32,000 nucleotides of DNA, from positions 314,932 through 346,931 of the forward strand of contig NW_008806284.1 in the NCBI RefSeq assembly GCF_000400465.1, given 5' to 3'. The stretch comes from Wallemia ichthyophaga EXF-994. Taxonomy: Eukaryota; Fungi; Basidiomycota. The notes below the pieces were generated by a model, which was not told the DNA's origin, did no database searches, and saw only the letters and a program-made list of their open reading frames with translations. Numbering within the stretch: position 1 is the first letter of the stretch; each line of letters starts with the position of its first letter. Positions 20,692 to 31,679 of this stretch are shown here, piece after piece. The translations under genes were made by a program, and so were the position numbers.

Positions 20692-23124
20692 ATCAACAAG
20701 TCATAGAATTTACTTGCAATCTTGTGTGGTGGTGTTTTTGTGACTTAACATCAGAAACCTAAATATGCAGATATTACACATGTACAATGTTCGTTATCAA
20801 CACATCCACCAATGACATTAACAGTGACCTTAATGACATCAGCAAAATATATAAAGAATTCAAATCTGAGCATTAGCAATTAATGACCTTGATGTCTTTA
20901 CATAAATAACTAGGGTAGTTAATGAGGGATATCTGCGCACATTTAAGCGGCTGTGCGAGGAAAATAATGTACTTTTCATCGCGGACGATAACCAGCCGGT
21001 GGATTGAAACATCAGAGAGTAACAGATACGCTCAAACGTATAACGTGTCCTAGAACGCCCAGAAAAATTTCGGCGTATGCCACGAAGTTTGGCAGCAACC
21101 CGCTCACGTAGACCGTCGCAATGGCGCCGCTGGACGTTACGGTCGATCCTCAATTTGGAATTCGTTGAAGATGACTAGATTCTTTGAGTTTAAACCTTTA
21201 TGTACCTTTGATCTCTTTGCACTCTTTGTGTCTTGGTTTTATTTCTTTGTATGGCTTCATAATAATACCTGTAAAAATTACTGAGAATTAGCTTAAATTT
21301 ACTGAAAAATGCTTAAAGCTAAGTAAAATAACTGCTGGAATAAATGCACTACAAATTAGCGTGGCTGACTGACTTCAAACATCTGTTTCTAAGAATCGTT
21401 GTTACCTCTAGTTTACTATAAAAAAGCGTACGATTTCCATGTCGACCTCTGAAAGTTGTATTATGTTATTGCGATGATCATAATGCCCCAACCTTCAAAA
21501 TACCTCATTCCTGCTATGCTTTTCAACTAAGTCGAACCATAAAGCAGTGTAATCTATTGATAGTTATGTGCTGAGCAATTCGCATAAAGGCGCGCATGGG
21601 TGGGCTCTCATGGCCTTATCCCAGTTACAAAATAATCTTTACCCAATTCAACCGCTTTTACCATTTGGTTTCGGTACAATCCTAGTGGATATCGTTTACA
21701 CTCGGCATTTTTCAGTTGCCTCTTCTAGATATCCCAGCTCTTTCTGGCTGCGTTGCATTGAGTTTGCTGGCTTCTGGCTGATGGTCATCGGTATGTGCTT
21801 CATGTTGTCTGATAAAAAAGGTTACTGTGGGTTAAGCTCGGTGGAGTTCAAAGCGTTGTCACGTAATTGCATGAATTGCTGAAATTTTTGCTGAGGCTAT
21901 TAGCTTCTTGGCTACCTGAAGTGCGGCTCAATCGCATATGCAGACAGCATCTGTTGCGTATTTCATCGAGTAGTGTACAAATTACAAATAAGTGAGTATC
22001 ATCTCAAGGTGGCAGGTCTTTTAATATCGCACTTCTCTTCCCCTTCTTGTTTTGTGTTTTTTTTGCTTGGTTTTGTTTTCATCTGTCTTGAGTTTCTTTC
22101 AAAATTTTCGTCTTGTTAATGTGATTTACTGCATTGCTAACCTCAACTGGATCATTAGAGAGCGCTTTATATTTTCCAAAGATTTTGGTCTTCCATTCTT
22201 GCTCTTCTCGTCGTCCACTTTCTCTTGCTGATCAATCTCTTCTTATTTGAAAGGCTGGTATTGTCAGATAGTGCTAAAAGTAGTATGCTTCACGAACAAA
22301 GTATGCTTTTCCCAATTCTGGCACAACTCAGTGCGAAACTTTTCAACTGAAATACTTCGCGCTGAAGTTTCACTTGATAACAACCACCGATCAACCTCGG
22401 GGGTTATCTTTAATCAAATTCATCCTCTTTATGGGTTGAAGGATCAAGCAAGTAAATCTTTAGTAAATCTTCGAGCAGGGGTAACTGCACGTCTAAATCG
22501 TCGGGGTTTGGAATATTCAAACTTACTTTTTTCTTTGCCTTTTATTATGGTTTCTAATGTTTTTATTGGACATACTTAGTTGTGAATAAATTTGTGAACT
22601 AAGTGAGATGTACATAGTCGAAGACTACCATTGTTGATTTAGTATGTTTGCTGGTTTACTTGGGTAGCTGGGTTTGTGAACACCAAGTCGACCAATCTAT
22701 TAGCAGTATGAAATTATGGACTCGAAGCTAGCGGAGAGTATACTAACGACCACTTAATGGTAAAGATCGTGACGAAGTCTACGTCAAAGGAATGAAAGTG
22801 ACCGTGAATAGTGAAGTCATAAATGTCTGAAGAATCCATTGCAAAGCTAGAAAGCAATTAAAAGACATTCACCAGCATGTGTGCTGCTCGATGCACTTGC
22901 TGGGAGGCATCGCATATGAATGATATAGATCCAGATGAAACCATTGGGTGTATTAAAGCCTACGCAAAGATTTACACTAAACAAGAACAGCTCGATCTCA
23001 GAAGAAGTTATTCTGAAGGAAGAAGAAATGAGCTGGGTGATATATGGACAGAAAAAAGGGGAAAACTGGGTTCTTTTCCTCGATTTCACACAACAGGGAG
23101 AACCGTCTTTAATTTGGACATGTG

Positions 23125-23864
23125 CTATTGAATGAGGTACAAGCAGCTGCTCAGACTGGTGCTGAAGCGCGGGAGCCTCGATGACTGCGTCAGACTGAGC
23201 CTGCTCTTCCCCCACCAACTAATAACGACACTCACACTCGGCTGCAGCGACGGTCTCGCGCTTAAAAAGAGTTCCTCTGCAAGGGTAACACTAAAAATGT
23301 CTAGACGGAAGAGTTGTCGATGCAGGACTTTTTAGACGACTTTATATACTATGTGCTCGGATGGGTTTCTTTGTCTAATTCAAGTACGGTAAAGTCTCTC
23401 TTCGTTGCTCGCGTGGTTGTGCTTTGGAAGAACGCTCGCAGCTAGGTAGTCTTTCCTCGAGAATAAGAGCGATTAAAATCCAGATCACCACGCCTCTGCG
23501 TTGGACACTATAAGAAGCCAGAAGGGGCGAAGAAATTAAGAAAGGTTGGTAAAGTGTGTGATATCGGTCGGTTGAGTGCAGGTGGCTGGTGCTGATGTGC
23601 TGACTGCAGTGATTGTGGTGAACGAGGCCCTATGTTTTAATCACCCACAAACCCATTTTCCAGCTTATCGCAGCCGCTGCTAATTGGATTATCGTGCACC
23701 TTGTTCTGCTTGTTAGTCGTAGGTGGATGAGCGTGTGGGTAGTGATAGCTGAGTGGTCGCTGCTTCGAGTCGAAACCATCAAATTCGTCGGATTCGAGCG
23801 AAAAATCACGCAGCAAGTTGTCGTTAGGTGTATGCTTCCTCATCTGAGGCCCAATCGAATCCAT
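23125..23864 (-). CDS. Hypothetical multi-exon gene (exon structure partly unresolved)
   Basis: MDSIGPQ... first exon; one clear intron at 23235-23185 (GTGAGT..CTGAC..CAG) and further intron-like segments. Confidence 0.35.
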
Positions 23865-24479
23865 TTCGACTTTGTAATGGAAATGATGGTGAGAGATTTG
23901 CACAATGTGACACTTCAAAGTGAGAATAGAGAAATTGGCTTGTGATTTATAGCTTATTCGCCTCCCGTGTACGCTTCGGACTTGATCGCAAATCCGATAC
24001 CTACGTACACAAGATATAGGAGTGTGATAAAAGAACTAAGATATGCTTTACTGTATCACAAAGTTCAGCAAGTTTATAATTCAATAAAACTGACTTTATA
24101 CATAACTACTATACCAACAATACAAACAAAGGAATGATCCATACGCCTTGGCTCGGTTCCTGTTCATTACTATGGGCTGTTGTGGAAAATCAATTCAGGC
24201 GAGCGAATTGAGAGCGAAATAAGATGGGCGATGAAGTGAATTTATCGTTATTATTTTAATCCTGACGCGAGTGAAATGAGATGGGCGATAACATGATTTA
24301 TGTTATTTAATATCTTTTTTTCATTTACAAATGAGAAGAAGAAAAGAAATCACGACACACAGTGTCAGCGGCAAAAAAAACCGCTGGTTGCTTGAAGTGG
24401 AATTATTCATTATTCATCGTTGCTAATACCTGATTCACGTTATTATCTGCAAATAATGATCAACAAAGCAGAGAATCTG

Positions 24480-26400
24480 AGCAATAAAACCTACCACCTA
24501 AGAATGACATAAGACCTGCTCATTAATGATGCACCAGGTCGTAGCAGCTGTTCAAGTTGTGGCTGTTTACCTCTCGTATCGTTTGTTCAGGACTTGGACC
24601 CTGATAAAGATCATTCCTGTTGTGCTCCCCCTCACCAATCATTCTCGCCACTTCCAAAGGAAATTCTCCAGGATCACCACCTATAATTTCAGCACCTTAA
24701 GTGACACGTAACATCATACTCTGATTATTGACTTGATTTGTCCCTAGTGTCTTGTCATGTTGGCGATTGACAAAGACATCGATAAGACATTCCTGAGATA
24801 CCGGCTGTTCTTCTTCCTCTTCCGCAGCAGCACTCTTATCTATTCCACCAACATCTTCGTCGATGTCTTGATTTTCATCCACCCCCGCTGCCCGCCTTGT
24901 GCCTTTTGTTGTAAGACAGGATTTGAAACATGCAAGGCTATCTCGAAGCCATTGGAAGTGGCTGTGTCATCAAACCTATTTGGTATAGCCTTTTCACCAA
25001 CCATTCGGGCCCAGGGTTGCCTGAGTTTTTCTCTGTAAATATTCCTGCCTTCTAGCCCGTTTGCCTCATCGTTAGACATATCAGATGGACTCCAAGCACG
25101 ATTGTCATTTAGAATCTCTGTGTGGATAAAAATGGAGCTGAAACATGTTTGTGATTCACAAATGATCTTCTCATGGGGTAGGTCACTAGTTGAGTGCAGT
25201 AGACCTCCTCCATGAAAGTATTTATCTTTTTCCAAAGCTGGAATGCTGCCGGTAAAATTGACTTGTTATTGAAAATAGAAATCAAACTAATCTTTGAAGG
25301 AGCGTTATTTGAGTTGTTCTTTATCTGTAAGTACTTCAACAAACTAACCTACACTAACCAAGTAAGCTCACTTTGTTAACCGTAAGGGTGAGATCCCTGG
25401 CATAGTGATCTGGAGCTATGAGGCCAAATACTCGTTTAGGTAATTAATAATTTTAAGCAGATAGATCTTCTCTAACGTGCTTGTATGAATCACCATCCTC
25501 AACAACATGGAAAGATTACCCGTTACTCAACCTATTGAAAATGCACTTATAGTTCTCTTGAATAAAGTCTTTCATGGCATATCGTTCTCTTTCGTTTATT
25601 CGATCCAAAACCTTGTTGCGAGCCTTTAGTTGTCCTCTTTTGTTTGATGAGATGTGATAACTGCGGTGGTCAGTCTAAACGCGAGACAAAGCAAAACCAA
25701 CCCTTTTATTATCAGTTTAAAGCCGTGTCTGTTATATTGCCTCTTGAAGTGGGCTGAAAAGCGCGACACGAACGATACAGCAATCTCGGATGGCAGTTGC
25801 GATTCAGGCAGGGTATTGCTGTGAAGATCGTCAAGGATTGTGAAACTTTGGATGGTCTCATTCATCTCCTCTATTTCAACTTTCTCATGTTCTTTACCTA
25901 ATCGATTCGCCGTGTTTTCTATAGGTAGCAGCTTACTACATATAAGCTGCATGATTTTAGGCGTGACCTCAATATTAGGGTGATGAGACAGTTATATGCT
26001 ATGCCCTGTGAAAATATTGCCTCAACCCTTTGAAGATAGTCGAACTTGTCTTTGGAAGTCCGGAGAAGCTCCTGACCCGATAGGTGGTAGCTGATTTCGT
26101 TTGTCCTCTAGTCACCTTACGCAATTATATAGTGACTTTCCTTATCCAAAATTGTCGAGAATCTTGATTATATTGACCAATTAGAAAACGACGCAATGCT
26201 ACGCACGAACAGGTGGCCCGTACCGTCGTTCCTTATCAGGTGGATACATGGCGAAATACTGGCGGATTGTTGAAACGCGTGGGATGAAGCTGAGCTGTGT
26301 TTAACCTGCTACGCTCAAATTGAATTTGGAATCTTTGTCCATCCAATTCAATTTACTTAAAGTTGAGTCAATTTCGTCATGCGATGCTCGTCAGCCATGC
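24480..26400 (-). pseudogene. Decayed multi-exon gene of unknown family
   Basis: Coding-like frames with intact-looking introns (GTAAGG at about 26125, GTGAGC at about 25373) but in-frame stops, e.g. QLKARNKVLDRINERERYAMKDFIQENYKCIFNRLSNG*SFHVVEDGDSYKHVREDLSA*NY*LPKRVFG, plus frameshifts. Confidence 0.5.
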
Positions 26401-26582
26401 CTAGAAATTCTGTTTAGTGACACAAACATGCGTACCTCGTGGAACGGTTATCGGGCAACTTTAAAAAAAATTTCAGCCAAATAAACACGCTTCATTCAAC
26501 ACGTTTGCTTCTTTGCGTGACCTCTTAAGTTTTTAAAAGCCACGAAGAAACAGCTGGACTGACAAAGCCCTATAAGACGGTC

Positions 26583-26894
26583 GCTGAAATAAATCCTAGC
26601 ATCTCAAGGAGTAGTATCCTAATGTGATGGAGATCTAAAGATCCAAGCAATCATAAAGATGTTTTGGCGGCAATAGGTTTAATTGGCTTTTGTAACCCAG
26701 GGCTTGCCCTACAACCGCTACCAGTGGCTATGGAGTGGCTGAAATAAATCCTAGCATCTCAAGGAGTAGTATCCTAATGTGATGGAGATCTAAAGATCCA
26801 AGCAATCATAAAGATGTTTTGGCGGCAATAGGTTTAATTGGCTTTTGTAACCCAGGGCTTGCCCTACAACCGATACCAGTGGCTATGGAGTGGC
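26583..26894. repeat. Tandem duplication of a 155-bp unit (2 copies, 1 mismatch seen)
   Basis: gctgaaataaatcctagcatctc... starts at 26583 and again at 26738; the difference seen is accgCtacc vs accgAtacc. Confidence 0.95.
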
Positions 26895-27001
26895 GTGGTG
26901 TAGCAAGGATATGCAATGGATGATTACATGCGATGGAACCATGTATAATTACATGCGAACACATACAAACAAAAACAAAAACAAAAAAGCACATACCCCT
27001 C

Positions 27002-27886
27002 TTACTCCCGCTCATCTTTGATTCTCGACGATGTAGCTTTGGCCATCGAGTTGTTCACCCCGGCAACAAAGAGACCCTCCCAAGTGGCATGAGCAGCTTC
27101 GGTAAGGAATTTGAGTTCCTGTGTTGTGTAAGGGAGAGCGAGTAAGTGTACTATACTCACAACCATCATCACTGTAAACACCACTATGCGCTCGTACAGA
27201 ACACTATCCACCGGCATAGACATTATCAACACGCCTGACTTGTGTTTGGCAAATGTCTTAAACTGGTATCTGCACAAAACCTCTCCAGTTGCAATATTGC
27301 TTATAATGACATCAAATTTCTTCCCCTCAACGAGATACTCTTTGCCGTTTAGCGTGAACTTCTTCTTGATGCTGAAGTAGTGGCTCCCACGGTTAAGTGT
27401 GATTTCCTCGCCTGGGTGCCCCACTATCGCGACGGTGTATCTCGATCGCATGTATTTACTGCGATGTGAAGTTGAAATCGCCTGTTTGCCGGGTATTTCG
27501 ATAATGTCTTTGTTAAGTGTGTTGGATGTGCTGAGTGTGGATTTGCTATCGCTATCGTTGAAATACTTGACATCATCTGCATCCTTGTACAACGAATCCT
27601 TATCGACGATTGAATTACTGTCCACTAGAGTCTCTGCTAAAGTATCGTTGTCTGCGTACTCGGCGTACTCATCAGCGTTGGCCGAGCGTGTGGATGCGTC
27701 TGTGTTATGGTATATAGTCACACGCGATGCGAAGATAGCCATCTCCACACTGAAAACCTTCGGACGGCTGCGCTTGAGTGCTTCAGTCAGGCTCGATCCC
27801 TGGTACAAGTCGTGATCATATCCCCATCGTCTCCTAGCCACACAGAATTCTGAATTGTGTGAAAGAACTTGTTCCAAGCTCTGCAT
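27002..27886 (-). CDS. Fungal beta-rich protein, DUF6593/tubby-C-like
   Basis: Long ORF with a probable in-frame 42-nt intron at 27160-27119 (GTGAGT..CAG). The segment FTLNGKEYLVEG...NIATGEVLCRY...G.L.....YERIVVFTVMMVE recalls the DUF6593 pattern (recall, not a search result). Confidence 0.6.
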   Translation of the reverse strand: MQSLEQVLSHNSEFCVARRRWGYDHDLYQGSSLTEALKRSRPKVFSVEMAIFASRVTIYHNTDASTRSANADEYAEYADNDTLAETLVDSNSIVDKDSLYKDADDVKYFNDSDSKSTLSTSNTLNKDIIEIPGKQAISTSHRSKYMRSRYTVAIVGHPGEEITLNRGSHYFSIKKKFTLNGKEYLVEGKKFDVIISNIATGEVLCRYQFKTFAKHKSGVLIMSMPVDSVLYERIVVFTVMMVVSIVHLLALPYTTQELKFLTEAAHATWEGLFVAGVNNSMAKATSSRIKDERE

Positions 27887-28005
27887 AATACAAGTTACAC
27901 TAACTTAGACTTACGGAGTTTAGGAGTAATGAGTGAAGGGAATGCGGGGAAATCATCACACCATACACCGGAAGCTTTAGTCACATTTAATTTGTACAAA
28001 ATACA

Positions 28006-28698
28006 TTACTTGCAAGCATCAGCGATCTTCTTGGTGGCAGCTTGGGTGCTCTGCTTAGCCTCCATGTGCTCCATGTATGCCTTGAGAGTTGGGTATCCAC
28101 TCAGATCGAGGCCTGGGAACGCAGCAATACGCAACCAAGCGTGGAAGGACATATCGGCGATCGAGTAGTTCTTACCGGCGATGTAATCGCTTCCCGCCTG
28201 CTTCTGTGCCTTGAGTCTACTCTCCAGCACGCTAAACACACGATAAGTCTCGTTCTCAAAACGCTTTACCACAGATGGCTGACACTCCTCGTTCCAGTAA
28301 TTCTTGAAGAAGAGCTTCGTGTAGTTCACTTGTCCTTGCATAGGGCCATGGCCGGAGATTTGGAATGCGAGCCATGTGAGTACCTCGTACTTCTCGTTTC
28401 CATGGCCACCGCCAATGTACTTATCGCCTCCCTTCTTCGTCTCAGCGAGGTATTGCAGGATCGCGCCACTCTCCCAGACGCAGAAGTCGTTGTTCTCGTG
28501 GTCGACGATGGCTGGAACTCGGCCGTTTGGATTGATTTTAAGGAATGACGCACCCTTCACGCCCGGTTTGTTCTCATCACCCTCGCCGAATACGAGCGAT
28601 TTGATATCGTAGCTAATGCCCAACTCTTCGAGGAGGTATGCAACCTTTGGAGGGTTAGGGCCAGAAGCGCATGCGTAAAGAGTAATTGCTGGTGCCAT
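28006..28698 (-). CDS. Glutathione S-transferase, Ure2p-like
   Basis: Intronless 230 aa. GPNPPKVAYLLEELG, INPNGRVPAIVD, VWESGAIL.YL and YSIADM motifs. Confidence 0.95.
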   Translation of the reverse strand: MAPAITLYACASGPNPPKVAYLLEELGISYDIKSLVFGEGDENKPGVKGASFLKINPNGRVPAIVDHENNDFCVWESGAILQYLAETKKGGDKYIGGGHGNEKYEVLTWLAFQISGHGPMQGQVNYTKLFFKNYWNEECQPSVVKRFENETYRVFSVLESRLKAQKQAGSDYIAGKNYSIADMSFHAWLRIAAFPGLDLSGYPTLKAYMEHMEAKQSTQAATKKIADACK

Positions 28699-29188
28699 TG
28701 TAAATGTGTTGGGTGTTCTAATGCAAAGATGCCTCGCTTAGTTATATTCGATATTAATCAGCGATGAATAAGCTGAGTGACATATGACTGTTGTGCATTG
28801 TCTATTTCAGTAATGTAATACATGAGCAGCTAATTAGCAATGATGCTATATAGAAACTCTAAGTATCATGACTAGCAAGCGTCTATGATCGTCATTGCTA
28901 TTTTGCGTATCTCACCATTCGCGACAGTGATCAACGGTGATAATGAGATAAGCTCAAATAGCAGCTATCATGGACTTCCGTTGATCCACCTGCCATCAAA
29001 TCCCCACTCCACACATTCCTCGGCTTGAACGTGTTGCGTTGTGCGTTGCGCGCGTTAGACGCACTAAATAGCTGCTATCGTCATTGAAATTCAAGAAACA
29101 CCCGAATGAGTGAAGCTGAATCGTTTATCGATGTGAGTGTGCGATTGGCTGTGCGGTGTAGCGTATTAGCTGAGATAGCACTCAGAGC

Positions 29189-29751
29189 ATGCTATCGCAT
29201 CACCTAATCGCTGTCGTCGTGTACAGCAGCATAGTGAGTTGCTCAATTGCTCTGTTGCTTTGTTGCTGTTTCGCTACAACACACCCACCAGCCAGCTTGT
29301 CAAGCAGTGCTGGATAACATATCCTTACTGCAAATACGCAGTAAAGATCTCGTGATACTTGAGTAAGAGACCCTAACTCTCCATCCACTCACACTCTCAC
29401 AATGTCTTTCTCAGCCTCGACGAATTCGATGGCGAAGAGGCCACTGAATTGCGCCAGTATCTCTACAAAATCACTCATAGAGTGGGTCGACGGGGTTCTC
29501 CACGCGTAAACTCACCCTTTCACTCAGTACGACATGCCCTTTGTATTTTTTCGCGGTACTGGTGGGTTCTATGTCTTGTTATTTTTGAAATGAGTCAGAG
29601 TGGCTGATTAGACATGCAGACATACCGAGTAGGTAGCAGTAGTGGCAAACCAACCCCCACTTACCCCTTCCAAGGCGTCTATGGTGTTGATAAAGGCGAC
29701 TTCTATTTCTCAGAGCTTCAACAGCAGCTTTACCGCAATGGTAGGCAATGA
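29189..29751 (+). CDS. Atypical glutaredoxin-fold protein (98 aa, up to 6 exons)
   Basis: Exons 29189-29233, 29292-29362, 29415-29481, 29528-29555, 29620-29628, 29675-29751 (297 nt). Protein MLSHHLIAVVVYSSIPACQAVLDNISLLQIRSKDLVILDLDEFDGEEATELRQYLYKITHRYDMPFVFFRDIPSVYGVDK... aligns by eye with Grx VVVFSKSYCPYC...VIELD..DG.ELQ.YL...TG..TVP.VF. The last two junctions are less certain. Confidence 0.65.
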
Positions 29752-30144
29752 TAAGGATATAACGTGTATTTGAGGTATAATTACATACAAAAACAGTGCA
29801 AACGTGTTACAGTAAGCATTTCTGCAATCTTCGGGTATTTTTGACACATTAGTGTCCATGACCTTCACTCTCACCATATTGATAATTGAGGTAGCTGTCG
29901 ACAATTTCCATATCAATCTCCTCCTCAATTTCGAAATTTCAGTAGAGTGATCGTGCACGATTCTTTTCATCGATCGCACACCTCACCTCATCCCGCGCGC
30001 CTGTGTCTGTCTGCGCGATTTCTGCAACCTGGGACTGAGTAGACGATACTCTGAGTCTGTGAGTGGGTTCTGGTTGTTTGTTTCGTCGTTCAGCGCCGCC
30101 GAATCGATTCGTTGGCGGCAGGTTGGGTAGTATTCTCTAAGATA

Positions 30145-30910
30145 CTAAACCTTCCCATGAATGTCAGTGAGTTCGGTGAATGCGTCAGCTGAATTCGCGC
30201 TTGTGTATACATGGAGATAAATTGTGAGCGTGTATGCGTCCACCTGCTTATACTCTGAGTGAAAGGTATCTTCGACATTCCTAATGAGGATGGTCTGGAG
30301 CGAGATGTTAAGGCTCTCCTTCACCACCCCCTTCACAGCACAGGAAAACGAATCCTGCGCCATTTTGTCGAAACCAGGCATCTTGACGAACGACGGGCGG
30401 TATATTCTGAGTGTTTCAAGAGCGGGGTACTGTTCTAGAATGCACTGCGATCGCACCTTCACCCCGCCTTCATACACACCAGCTCCCTCACGCGCGTCGA
30501 CGAGCCGATCAACTTGCCCACGTTTTCACCCTCATTTAGCCTTTCCAGGTTTACCTCCAGATAATTCAGCGCAGGCAAGACCTTGATCAAGTGAGACAGT
30601 TTCCGGCACTCTTCGAAACGCACATTACCGGTAAAGTGGTCGAGGTTGAGCGTCAGTCTTTCTACTGCATCCCCATATGCCGTGCTCCCCAGCACGGCAT
30701 AAACTTCAGATAGGACTGTATGAGTGGGAGAGTGCTTGCTCCATTGCGTGGCGTCCTGGGACTAAACAGCTGGTGCGTGTGGAGAGAAGCAATTGCGATT
30801 CCGTGTAGACGCTTGTTGACGTAGCGCAGTACCCCACAGTCGTGCTTCTCTACTAGCAGCTTCACTAATTCCGTGGGTATTGCATGCAGTGATGCTCGGT
30901 TTGGTCGCAT
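30145..30910 (-). CDS. F-box-like protein with LRR-like C-terminal region (3' end unresolved)
   Basis: N-terminus SLHAIPTELVKLLVEK...LRYVNKRLHGIA matches the F-box pattern; later LPALNYLEVNL and YPALETLRIY are LRR-like. Two inferred 47-nt introns join the ORF pieces, one with a weak GTCCCA donor. Confidence 0.6.
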
Positions 30911-31361
30911 GGTCGATTGCTACAAAGTGTTTTTCTTTTGTTTGTGGAGGGATGTGCAGAAAAAGTCAAACTCACAATTTAATTGGTGTTTGAATCTCTT
31001 TCCTAGCTGCAGCCTATATCTCGCTGTCACGCTGCTTGATGCTATTTCTACATCGCTGACCCCACTTCCCCATTTCCAACCCCTCTTCGGAACTCTTTGG
31101 CACGATAGATGTGAACTGATTCCACTTCAAAGCAAGTGAAAGAGGAATCCATGGCTTGTAGATGTATTTTTATTTACTTTTACGTTGGTAGTGATTACCC
31201 CAGTGAATGACAAAGCCTATCGGCATGCCAATGCAACAGATCCCGCGTAGTGCTCTCGTCTCTGTTCTCCTCCCTCTCCCCTACACTTCAACTTCCAAAT
31301 GCCCATATTAGTCTTTTAACACTTTTATCCCTATTAAAAAAACATCAGGCTAATCCATGAG

Positions 31362-31629
31362 TGTTAAGGTTTGGGCTTGTCTCAAACTTAGGCTATGAGG
31401 AATTGCTTTTTACACAGCTATACAGGTAGATAGAAGTGAATGTCATTCGTTAAGATACAATAGAGTAGTAGTGAGGCTTTTATATGTGTGCCGTGTGAAG
31501 TATCGGAGGCTAAGCCGCCAGGGCGGCGGTTTGAATGTGCGGCGAAGTATCTGAGGCGGAATTGGGAAATGTGGGAAGTAAACTGTAAGTTAAGGGGTTA
31601 TGCTTAAGGCGTGGTCTCGTCACCTAACA
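31362..31629 (-). mobile_element. Putative 3' LTR (268 bp)
   Basis: On the minus strand begins TGTTAGG and ends CCTTAACA (5-bp terminal inverted repeat TGTTA/TAACA); internal TATAAAAG; two copies of GCCTCmGATACTTC. Lies directly downstream of the RNase H. Confidence 0.6.
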
Positions 31630-31679
31630 GGAACCCGTCTTCAATTCTACTTATATTCAACATGTTGATTTCTGTTATT

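Noticed and set aside
24480-26400. Idea that TAA is reassigned to a sense codon
   Set aside because: RPL5, GST and the enoyl reductase terminate at TAA; frameshifts also occur, so decay is the simpler explanation.
26583-26894. Repeat considered as a CRISPR array or LTR pair
   Set aside because: Two directly abutting 155-bp copies with no spacers and no TG...CA ends; the sequence is eukaryotic.
27399-28612. + strand ORFs of 138, 99, 168 and 78 aa
   Set aside because: They overlap antisense to the DUF6593-like and GST genes and have no independent features.
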